This document shows, in pieces, positions 12,401 through 23,553 of a stretch of DNA of 64,000 nt (position 1 is its first letter; the number at the start of each line of letters is the position of its first letter). Source of the stretch: Chrysomallon squamiferum (taxonomy: Eukaryota > Animalia > Mollusca); NCBI GenBank assembly GCA_012295275.1, contig CM022672.1, positions 1,054,001 to 1,118,000 on the forward strand. Direction: 5' to 3'. The notes beneath the pieces were generated by a model that was not told the DNA's origin, searched no databases, and worked only from the letters and a program-made list of their open reading frames with translations. The position numbers were made by a program, and so were the translations under genes.

Positions 12401-13855
12401 ATTTTGCAGTAATACAGAGTAAAGCCAAGAAATGGTTTTGTATGAAATAGAAACTGTTACTATAAACATAGCATGTATCTTAGAACCACATTCTCACATA
12501 CTGTGACGTTTAGTCTTCAGATAATCATAATTATCAGATACTAAAATTACAAATAAATCAAAATGTAAATAAATTATAAATCTGTAATGACAGACAGGTT
12601 TTGCAGATACTCGGAATTTTATAATCTGTTTAAAAAATTCAGCATCATTTCCTGTTATGAAAATAAAAAATAAAAACTGAATTCTTCTCAAAGCTTTAAA
12701 TTAAAATAAACATTATTTACCTAAACTGTGAGATTCATCATATAATTATCTCTCACTTACCTTTGTAAATTGTCTTAACAGCAATTTAAATTATTCTTTG
12801 AGTGTTTTACTGAAAATGCTAAACATTAACATATATTTTGATCTGTTATTAGTACTATGATTTGGTGAAGGACAATGCAGAAAGGTGGTGGATTAATAAA
12901 GTTAATAAGCAGATTAGTAGACTGAACAACATTTACATTCTACACAGAAAACACCACGTTTCTTTATCTCTTAGGTGTTTTTTTAAAAATACATAAACAA
13001 TACCATACAACAGTAAGCAGCCATAAATCCATGCAATTACTTTCATTTTCTTCTGATTTATAAACAAGTATTCTAAGTCTGTGATATTGCTAAATAGAAT
13101 ATAATTTATAATGACAGTGATGGAAAAAGTGAACATGATGAATGTACTTGGAGGTTAAATGGTCAGTGGGCCAATAAAAGAAATTAGTTAATGAGCTGGA
13201 TCTGGATATACTTTTAACTTTAAAAACCCCTATCAACCCACAAATATGCAGAATCTATGATTAACAATTAGCTGCAATTTGATTGCTATCTACATTTAGT
13301 ATTAAGAAGCTACTAACCAGTTAATGTGCAGTTACCAATGATTTTGCTAAATGTAATTTAACATAATATTTAAATTGGAAATTGGAAATTTAATTTGGAA
13401 CAACAGACAAAGTAAGGGCATTTTTAAATTTAATTTTCACAAACTAAAAGTAAATATGAAAATAAATTTTACACCTTTGAATGTATGTCATAAATATCTT
13501 TTTTTCTATGTATTATATTTAACTCTATGATACATGAATTAGGAATGAAAAAACAGGAGAAAATGTCAGGGTCTTTTTCATAACTTTTTTTTTAATAATT
13601 GCATTTACATATTAATATGAAATGAGTGAAAATTTGTTAAGAAAAATAATTTAAAACAACCTACAAAGCACAGGCAAAGCATTCAGTACAATCTGCAAAG
13701 CCATGACAGGTTTTTAAAATAATTACCCTTACATTCTGGTAAGCCACAGTATCTCCAATAAAGTGGCCTCGTATATACCGTTCAACAAGAGACGTCTTCC
13801 CGGCATATGACTTGCCTAGAAGCACTATCTTTAAATCTACTTTACTTCCACTCAT
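8902..13855 (-). CDS. RAB24: Ras-related protein Rab-24 (7 coding exons, 206 aa)
   Basis: Exons 13855-13733, 12347-12279, 11054-10908, 10224-10125, 9697-9647, 9231-9169, 8969-8902, all GT-AG and phase-consistent. Protein [27 protein letters not shown]...YQNTIGAAF...[23 protein letters not shown]...[10 protein letters not shown]...YETSSKTG...SCFCKAS*. The atypical G3 DTAGSE and G4 TKxD motifs are Rab24 hallmarks. Confidence 0.95.
9078..9156. repeat. (AAT)n/(GAT)n microsatellite
   Basis: Direct reading; Rab24 intron 6. Confidence 0.9.
9169..9231 (-). CDS. RAB24: Rab24 coding exon 6
   Basis: tttcag|(N)[20 protein letters not shown]|gtgagt. Confidence 0.9.
9385..9452. repeat. (GA)n microsatellite
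   Basis: Direct reading. Confidence 0.95.
9647..9697 (-). CDS. RAB24: Rab24 coding exon 5 (ETSSK)
   Basis: tttcag|(D)[16 protein letters not shown]|gtaagt, phase 1/1. Confidence 0.92.
10125..10224 (-). CDS. RAB24: Rab24 coding exon 4 (TKxD)
   Basis: gccag|[33 protein letters not shown]+G|gtaagt. Confidence 0.92.
10340..10907 (-). repeat. Decayed ~96-bp tandem copies of the Rab24 exon-3 3' end plus donor site
   Basis: Minus-strand units begin tagttttgataa..g.tt.t and end gaagag|gtagg, matching the exon end. Donor-like GT at 10811, 10715 and 10471; exactly 96-bp period for the first two copies. Confidence 0.85.
10908..11054 (-). CDS. RAB24: Rab24 coding exon 3 (DTAGSE switch II)
   Basis: tttcag|[49 protein letters not shown]|gtaggt. 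Confidence 0.95.
11071..11690. repeat. 39-bp minisatellite, ~16 near-identical copies, in Rab24 intron 2
   Basis: Unit actcaacagttcacaaacacatttaaacagacagaagtc, with a few ggcaaaag/gacaaaag variants in the copies nearest 11071. Directly visible, and seen as the 13-aa repeat ORF 11038-11661. Confidence 0.98.
12279..12347 (-). CDS. RAB24: Rab24 coding exon 2
   Basis: ttttag|[23 protein letters not shown]|gtaaga, phase 0/0. Confidence 0.93.
13733..13855 (-). CDS. RAB24: Rab24 coding exon 1 (P-loop GKSYAGKT)
   Basis: ATG at 13855, 41 codons ending YQN, donor GTAAGG. An upstream acceptor tttcag at 13872-13871 implies a non-coding first exon. Confidence 0.93.
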
Positions 13856-14369
13856 TGCATTCCTCTGTTGCTGAAAGATCAAAATAACAAATTATTTAGT
13901 GTTACCCTTTTCTAATGTTTCCTTTTTTTCTATTTTTTATTGTTTATTTTTAATTTTTAATTATTATTATTATTATTATTATTAAATGTAATTGAATTTG
14001 TTTATTTATTATTATATTTATATTATGAAAGACTATTGACAGTTATTGTGATTACAATTTACATAAGTCTAAGAATTTTCATAACAACTCTAACAATATA
14101 CAAAATGTATATGTTGCATAGAAGATAATAATAATTGAATGACAAGTGAGTGAAAAGATAATAATAGGAGATTTATAACTTAGAATAAGATTAAAATACT
14201 GATTCATCATTCACTCTCTGACTGATTGAAGACGACAAAAATCAAGACGAGAACAATTTTAAAATCACCTTCTCAAAATTATCGGTCTATATTACTTCTA
14301 TATAGCTAGTTAGAAAAACTGTAAAAATATATCTTTTGTACAAGTACTTATAGTTTTAAATAATTTTAC

Positions 14370-14990
<621 letters not shown>

Positions 14991-17900
14991 TAAGTTATTT
15001 TTATCTTTTATTTTTAAATAAAAATATGGTGATGGTATTTTTGTTTTTAAAAAATGATTTACTATTACTTTTTAAGTTATTTATTAGCACTGAAAGTGAA
15101 ACATGTGCATAAAGTACTTTTAAATTCGTGATAAATGCTCATTATACTGACAATATTATGAATATAAGTAACCATGTATTTTATAATTCATAGAGATTAT
15201 AGACGTTTTTAGTCAAATAATCTTAAATTTAATGCATCCCATAACATTTATCATGTAATACAAATTGTGTTATTATTAAAAGAAGTGAAAAGCAAACTTG
15301 CACCCATGACATAATTTTAATGCTGAAAAATCTTTCAGCTGATCTGTACATTATAATGTGGCAAGCTATATCATGGATATGTAAATTCAATCCCAAAATA
15401 GTTGTGTACCCTGATAATGAGGGTTATTTCATAACCATCAAAACAGATAATTCCTTTAAGAAAAATTTGTAAGGAATTGGGTGGAACATATGAAGAGGCA
15501 ACCACATGTTGTTGTTTTTTTTTAAAGTTTTTAAATTTTTTTTTAATCATTTACTGTCTTTGGTAAACCTTTTTGTAATTGTCATTATTCATCATCTCTG
15601 AGTTCACTCAGCTTTGATTACCCCCCAGGCCCCCTTAAAAAAAATCATGTTTTTGCAGCAGGTCAATGACAATCTTTAAAAAAAAAAAAAAAAATAGAAA
15701 CTTTTTTTTTTAAATTGCTATCAAACTTTGTTTAACTATCTGCTAAGTCTTATTTTTGTGCTTTAATACACTTAGTAAGATTAATAAAAATGAAGTAATA
15801 GCAAAAGTAAAATATTCCTAGATGTTATGAAAGTAATTCTTGGGTTAAAAAGAAAATCCTTGAATATAAATTACCGATAGCCAGGTGTCAGTGCAAACCA
15901 AATAATAACCTACTATATATTTTGTATTTTCTTGTCCATAACAATCAGGTTTTTCTAATAAGAAGGTGTAGTTAAAATAACAACTTTTTGTATTGTCATT
16001 TCATATAGAGAAATATAAATAAATAAAATCAATGTAATTAATTTTGCCAACCCCCCCCCCAAAAAAAAAAAAAACAATTTACCATAAATTTTAAGTAAAT
16101 TCAGTGAGAATTTGTTTTCATTTCTTATATTGAATACATTAATGCAAATTTTCATTATTATTATTTTCAAACTGCATTATTATTATAGTTTTTTGTCAAC
16201 CATTTTATTGACTTTTATTTAATGAGAATAAAAAATACAAAAAAAAAAAAAACCTGTCAAAAACCCAACAACAACAAAGAAAACAACACTTTATATGGAA
16301 ATATATATATATAAATTACTGTTAATAGCATATGTCTGCTTTTAAGTGCCATTCATTTTAAGCCTAAGAAAACATCTAGGAACATAAAAACAGCCAGATT
16401 GTGTTGAAGTAATAAATATAAAACTTTGTACTATATATGATTGAAAGTTTCTACAAAATAGATTACAAATTCAGTTATATTTTTTTCTTTCTTCTTTTGA
16501 TTTTAAATTTTAACTTTGTTGTTGTTGTTGTTGTGTTGTTTGATTTTTGTTTGTTAATTTTTATTTTTATTTTTGTTATTTGGATTTTTGTTCCATGTTT
16601 AAGAATATAAATTTGTAGTCTAAACGCCAACCATTTAAATTGTTTAGAACTAATCAGTTACAGAGATTTATTTAAATAATATATTATTAAGAGCTTGTGA
16701 AATAATCTTTTTCTTTGTTACTTGCTAAAAGTCATGATAAACAAAATATATGAATTAAATGTGATAATAATCAGAAGCTTTTTTTAACATCTGTATTTGT
16801 CATCAGTGGTTTGTGTGGTTTCACTTCTTATCCTTTTTCTGTTATGATTAATAACATGAAGTCACTGAAAGGTTTCAGTTAAAAAAAAAAAAGAGCTGTA
16901 AAGGAAATCTTTGAGAAGTACTCTTTCACATATTCCATTATGTAGCAGATAAAAAATAAATAAACAGACAAAAAATTCTGCTGGTTTTGGTTTCATTCCA
17001 TTTTTCCATTCTAATAAGAGTACAATCATTAAGAAAGAAACAAAGAAAAAAAAGAACAAAAAAAATAAATAATGTCCTCCAAACGCTACTTTTATTTACC
17101 ATTTACAATACCAGACAGGAATAATTGTATTAAATTTAGAAAAATTACCCTCCCCACCAAAAAAAAAACCCTTTAATAATTCAGTGATTATGTGTGTTGT
17201 ATTATTAACAAAGATTTATGAATGCCTAAAACAATAATTGTACAGAAGATATTTATATCCACTGAATAGATACTTCAGTACATGTTCCTTTAATATTACA
17301 TTTTTATAACTTTATCCTCATGTTTATTATAATTCTTTTAAGATAGTTACAGCAGTCTCTTATCATATTTATAACACTTATTTAGTGGCAGTGTTTTGAA
17401 TAAATAGTCCTGTGTGTTCTAACTCATTATCAGAACACTGGGTATTGACATTAAAATAAGGTTAAGTATATACATCATTGACTGCTTTAAATGCTTTTAA
17501 CATTCACTTAAACACAGATAAAGAAAGATCGTCTGCACATATTGAGTACTACTGAGGGTTCAGATTAGAGAGGAAAGAATATTTTGGATAGCCTGATGTT
17601 TGTGTTAGTTTAATACATGAAACTTAACTACAGTAGATCAAATATTTGAATTGAAAAACTGAAAGTGTACAGCAAAATATGTTATTTTATTATTTATTTT
17701 TTGAACATTAAGTAAACTGTTTGTTTTAATGTGAAATGTATTCAAATAGTAATATAGTGATAGCAAAAATTTAAAAAAAGAACTATTTTGTATATAAATA
17801 TATACCATCCAAAATTGTTTATAAATAAATAAATTAAAAATTAAAAAATTATAAAATGGTTTAGGCAGACTAAAAAAAAAAATTAAAAAGTTTTGTACGA

Positions 17901-18037
17901 GTTGTTTGGTCATATATATAGAAAAATAAATAATGACTTATTGTTAAACAAACTGACATCAGTAACTTAGCTTTTATATGCAAATATCCAAATCATGGTA
18001 TAAATATGTAATTAGATTATCTGTCAGTTGTTTACTG

Positions 18038-18038
<1 letters not shown>

Positions 18039-18081
<43 letters not shown>
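18039..18081. repeat. (TG)n microsatellite
   Basis: Direct reading. Confidence 0.95.
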
Positions 18082-18084
<3 letters not shown>

Positions 18085-18935
18085 GTAAATATTGTTATAT
18101 AATCTAACTAACATAAATACATACATAAACACATACTTACATACTTTTATACACACAGTTGACCAAACAACATAATTACATATTTCAGAAACTGAAACAT
18201 TTATTATATAATAACAGCATGTTGTTATTATATAATATTTTGTGTGTGTGTGTGTGTGTTGTTGTTTTAACAGTTTATTGTGTTTGTGTTCCCAGGTAAA
18301 TCTGACAGTCTTGTTTGGTCAATCACTTGTTATATGTTCTAAAAACAATATAGATTATTTTAATTGATTTATTTTTTAATTTTGTTTTAAATGTCTAATT
18401 GAGACAAATAAATAAATAATAATAAAATAAGATTATTATATTCAGATTCATTTAATTTATCTAGCAAATTTAATTTTTATTACCTAAATCATTTAGAAAA
18501 GAAACGATAGCAATGCTGTCTAGCTGTTCTTTATTAAGTTATTTATTGTTCTATATATTTAAATACTTGTATTTTCTGGCCTGAATGATAGTTTGTTATT
18601 GTGTGATCAGTTAACTGTGTAACTTCTTGTTATGTATTTATATATATCTGTACATATAATATTAAAAATTACATGTAACAATGAGTAGAACAAGTAATAA
18701 CAGGGCCACCATGCTGTGTTGTGATATTTATTGTTGTGTGGTTGACACTTTGTGTTTCCCAGGCTGGACTGTTGACAGTTTCGCTGTTTGGACAGTCACT
18801 TATTGTCTAACAGTCTGTTGTACCTCTGTGTGTCAGACTGGACTCCAGTCTTGTTGTTTGATCAGTTACAAACCTAACAGCTTGTTAAACACTGGGCAGT
18901 AAAGTGCTGTCTGGTTAATTATGTGTATGTGTGTG

Positions 18936-18936
<1 letters not shown>

Positions 18937-18966
<30 letters not shown>

Positions 18967-19009
18967 CATACATACATACATACATACATACATACATACA
19001 TACATACAT

Positions 19010-19052
<43 letters not shown>

Positions 19053-19057
19053 TACAT

Positions 19058-19088
<31 letters not shown>

Positions 19089-19107
19089 TATACATACATA
19101 TATACAT
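18937..19107. repeat. Compound (TG)(TA)(TACA)n(GACA)n(CA) microsatellite
   Basis: Direct reading. Confidence 0.95.
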
Positions 19108-19342
19108 AATGAAATAATTAAAATTAATAATAATAGTAATCTGTTATATTTAAGCCAGTGTGTTCTTTGATCAGTTATTTTATACATTTAACAAATAAAA
19201 CAGGTTGTTATACATATGCCAGTGAGCTGTTGTTTGGTCAGCTCTAATGTAGATATACATCTAACAACCTGCTGTACTTGTTTTTCTCAGATCTGCCCAG
19301 TGTAATAAGCTCTGAATGAAGAGCTGTGTGAATGAATAAGTA

Positions 19343-19632
19343 ATGATATTTAGACCAGCATTGTCCAGAAGTCGTTGTTGTAGTTGTGTCCTCACCTGCA
19401 CAAGGCAGTCTTGCGTGATCAGCTCAACAGGAAAAACAAGCGGTGTAGCTCTCAGGCGATCAGCTTTGTTTTGGTTATGGAAGAAGAGTGACAATAGACT
19501 GCCCTGCACGTTTTACTCCACCAGGAGAATGGCAAAGAGCAAGTTTGAGTACGTGAAGCAGTTTGAAATGGAGGACAGGTGCTTGCCAAACTGCTGGATA
19601 GTTGTCAGGATTGACGGCAAAAGTTTTCACAG
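19343..19632 (+). CDS. THG1L: THG1L coding exon 1 (presequence + MAKSKFEYV...RIDG)
   Basis: Acceptor ttctcag at 19290, ATG 19343, conserved ATG 19529, donor AG|gtgagt. Confidence 0.9.
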
Positions 19633-22470
19633 GTGAGTTGTGTTTGTGTGCATTGAGCTCAGATAATAGGTTTGTGTGTCTGTATGTATGTGTGTGTGTG
19701 TATAGATGTGTATATTTAGGGGTGATTTTCTGCTTAATAATTTTACCATTCCACTTTAAAAATATTTTTTTTTTCTTCATTTATTGAACTAAAATTATTT
19801 CTTTTTTCAGAAAAAGTATGGCTACAGAACTGCTGATTTAATAAATATTGTTCTTTGATATAAATAAGTATATTGACAAATTTATTTAATGTAACGAAAC
19901 AAATATATTACATACACTCAAACTGTTATTTTATTAATTAATTTTAAGAATTGAAGATGTTAATATAGTTTATACCATTATTTCTTTTATTTCATTTCAG
20001 TAGGCCTCTAATATTTAATAACTAGAATGACATTTTATAAACTAATAAAATCTTTTGATTTCAGTCAGTATAAATTTACATGTTTGATGTTTGACAATAC
20101 AAACACACACATATTTAATTGGACTGCAGAGATTAATGACTCTAGAATCATTTAGTAACTCTTTTTTCTTCTTCAGATTCAGGGTTTTCTCTATATGACC
20201 AGTTAGATATTTTATAAACTCTGCTGCACAGAGTCTACTGTACAGATTTGTGTAAATAAACACTTTGTAGCTTCCATGGTGAAACTGTGGTTGCTAAGAT
20301 TTTAATTACTATTAGCACTGTGTCTAACTCTCAGCTGTAAAATCTCAGACACTTGCTGTGTAGATCTTTGCAGTGGAGATTTATGGAGCTCTAAAATGAA
20401 GGAATTTTCTTTTCTTTTTTTTTTTTTTTTTTCTAGACAGTTTTTAAATCAAAGTGGATAATGTGTTCTGATGGAAATGGTGATAAACTATTTTGAATAA
20501 TTTGATACTAATTATGTTTCTTAAGACTTTTATTTTGAAAAAAAGAAAGAAAGAAGGTTATGTAAAAAATAATTTTTAGATGGATGTGTAAATGTTAAGT
20601 TTGTGTTTTTTTTGAATTACTGGCCAGCTCTGATCTTTTAATAAAGTGCAAAGTATGCAGTAGTAGTATGATATATAACACGTACTTTGTGAATTATCTG
20701 TCAGTGGAAATGACAGTACTGGTTTTGACTCAGGCCACCATCTATAAGCAGAATTCAGAATGTGATTTTAAATTAATAAAGTTCAGAGCTTTTTATGTAA
20801 AACAGAAATCACATAACCACCCCCCAACAAAAAAAAAAAAAAAAAAAAAAAAGTACAAGTAGACTGTCCACCTGTTTATCTGAATGAACATTCAACAACA
20901 TGTTCAGAAAACATTTGTTTATTAATGATCTTTTCACATTTCAATTTGCATATCATTTCATGAAATTATCATCTGGATGATTGTTAGAAACTGAAACCAT
21001 TTGTACACATGATTGTGTAATGCATGTCCAATTACAGAAACAAGGGTGAAGATCTTCAATTATTTAGTGTTGAAGAAAATATGAAGACAGTCATAACTGA
21101 TCATTTAGTTTTGTGGAAGTGCTTTTGCTAGTGACTTTTTTTTCTTCTGAATTTCCACCTTGTTTTAATTTAGTTTTTGTGCATTACTGACATTCACTGA
21201 GATGAATACATTACGTATGTAGATGATATAAAACTTGGCAGCACTTGCAACTCATTGATCTCACAGTGAACTCAGTGGGCAGGTGGTCTGTACACTCACA
21301 GTCTGCAGGTCTGTAGACACCTCAACCACTGCACTTTTGTAGCGGGAAAGACATTTCTTCCTTTGACATATCAAATTAAAAATCGTTTTAGGCTATGTTC
21401 ACCAGCATGAATTTTTTTTTTTCTTTTCATATTTTTTTTTTACACCACTACAGAAAACTGGTATTAACAGATCCAAACAGAGTTTTCTGTTCTGGGTAAA
21501 TGAAAGAGAGTGCTGTTTTCTTTGACAGCTTTCGGCATTTTGAATGTAATAAATTGACCACCCTTGACATTTTTTTTTCAGTAAAATATGTACAGCACTT
21601 ATCACGACATGATAGTTATTTAACGTAGATCGTATCTTCTGTTCAGACAACACACTGGTTCCAAGTTGATATTTGATCTGTTGATATAATAATAATAATA
21701 ATTATATTTACCAAGCAGAAATCTGACACTGATTCAGTGTAAAGGCTTTTTTTAAACAGTGTGGTTACAAAGGGTTACGAATTGTAAAGTTTTGTCAGTG
21801 TAAGATTTACTGTGGTATTATAATCAGTGTCACATAAGGAAATATTAGTTTGTGGATAATAATTCCACTGCATTTAAATATGGAAGAACATCTTGAAGTG
21901 ACATAGAAAATGTTGTTATAGGGCAGTGAATAGTTAAAAAATGAAAAATAGGGATAACCTTTTGTGTTTATCATATGTATTCGTCTATTTGTGTATGTGT
22001 GTTTTTGTGATTGTGTATGAATGTGTTATGTGTGTGTATATATTTTTTTTTATATATATATATATATGTTAATGATATATTGTGTGTGTGTGTTTTTCTA
22101 TTTGTGTGTGAATGTTATGTTATATGTTTATAAATTTTTGTGTGAGAGTGTTATGTGTGTTGATCTGTTTGTAGGTGAGTGTAAGTGTGCATGAATGTAT
22201 ATGTAACTGTCTGGGTATGTATGAATGTGTTACAGATGTTCCTCACACAAACATTAAACTATTTCAGATTCTGTGACTTGCATCACTTTGTGAAGCCGAA
22301 TGACGAGCGAGCTCTGACTCTGATGACTCGTGCTGCGCAGACAGTGATGGAAGATTTCAAAGACTGTGTCTTAGCCTATGGTCAGAGTGATGAATACAGC
22401 TTCGTGTTCAGAAAAAATGCTACACTTTATAATCGCCGAGCTAGGTAATGTCCTTAAAGCATTTTGTGTG

Positions 22471-22501
<31 letters not shown>

Positions 22502-23553
22502 CTTTGTGTATGCATGTTTTTATATGGGAATGTTTTGTTTATAGGAATTGAGTGCATATGTCTGTGTATGTGTATTAAGATTATATTTCAGATCATTTAG
22601 GTTTGTTATTTTGTGTATATTTATATGTGATTTTTATGTTGTTTGTTTTAGCAAGATCATGACAAATGTGGTTAGTCTCTTCTCGTCAGCCTATGTCATG
22701 AACTGGCCAAGATTTTTCAGCACGCAGCCATTGCAGTACCCTCCAGCATTCGACGCCCGCATTGTCCTCTACCCCACAGATGAAAACCTCCGGGACTATC
22801 TCAGCTGGAGACAGGCTGACTGTAAGTTCTGTCATGCAGTTATGGTGAAAAAAAGACACACTACCCCTAAAACTCCAATTGTTTGTGTGTTAGTGCTGTT
22901 ATAAGGATCAACAACTTGTACAACGCTTGTTTCTTTTCTGTCAGGTCACATCAACAACCTGTACAACACTTGTTTCTGGAAGCTGGTACAGGAGCGAGGT
23001 CTGACCCCAGCTCAGTCCCAGGAACGTCTCAAAGGAACTTTGTCAAGTGATAAGAATGAGCTTCTCTACGCAGACTTCAACATCAACTACAACAACCTGC
23101 CGGAACTCTACAGAAAGGGAACAGTATTGATAGTCAATCAGGTAGATGTAAGTATTAGTTGTTTAAAGATTAAAATGTGCCAGAATTTGAAAATGAATAT
23201 TTAATTTCTTAGAAAACCAAAAAAAAAAATAGTAAGTACAGTTTCTTAAATAATACAAAATTCATATAAAAAGAATTCATTGGTTTAAACTATGTGGAAT
23301 CTAAAATTAGCTGACAATATAGACAATATACTTGAACAGCAATATGCTGCTGTATTCAAGATAAACAATGTGACATTAACATGGTGTACTTTTTCATTAA
23401 TTTATTTTCCAGAGTGAAGACTCAGAATTAAACAATCCTCATGTTTCACCAAGACATCCTCGGTTCAGATCAAAACTGTTGACTCTACACTGTGACATCA
23501 TTGGCAAATCATTCTGGGACGAACATCCAGAAATCTTAAACTCAAAGAAATGA
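19343..23553 (+). CDS. THG1L: tRNA(His) guanylyltransferase Thg1/THG1L (5 coding exons; 324 aa from ATG 19343, 262 aa from ATG 19529)
   Basis: Exons 19343-19632, 22268-22444, 22652-22821, 22945-23141, 23413-23553, GT-AG and phase-consistent. Signature motifs [103 protein letters not shown]. Confidence 0.96.
22268..22444 (+). CDS. THG1L: THG1L coding exon 2 (QSDE)
   Basis: tttcag|[16 protein letters not shown]...[12 protein letters not shown]...YNRRA|gtaatg. Confidence 0.95.
22652..22821 (+). CDS. THG1L: THG1L coding exon 3
   Basis: ttttag|[15 protein letters not shown]...FDARIVLYP...YLSWRQAD|gtaagt. Confidence 0.95.
22945..23141 (+). CDS. THG1L: THG1L coding exon 4
   Basis: gtcag|(C)[15 protein letters not shown]...[11 protein letters not shown]|gtagat. 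An alternative in-frame donor GTAAGT lies at 23148. Confidence 0.93.
23413..23553 (+). CDS. THG1L: THG1L last coding exon
   Basis: ttccag|SEDSEL...[25 protein letters not shown]. Confidence 0.92.
   Translation, partial: SEDSELNNPHVSPRHPRFRSKLLTLHCDIIGKSFWDEHPEILNSKK

Noticed and set aside
18866-19187. Cluster of six-frame ORFs (HTYI, TDRQ, CMYV repeats)
   Set aside because: Tetranucleotide microsatellite artefacts.
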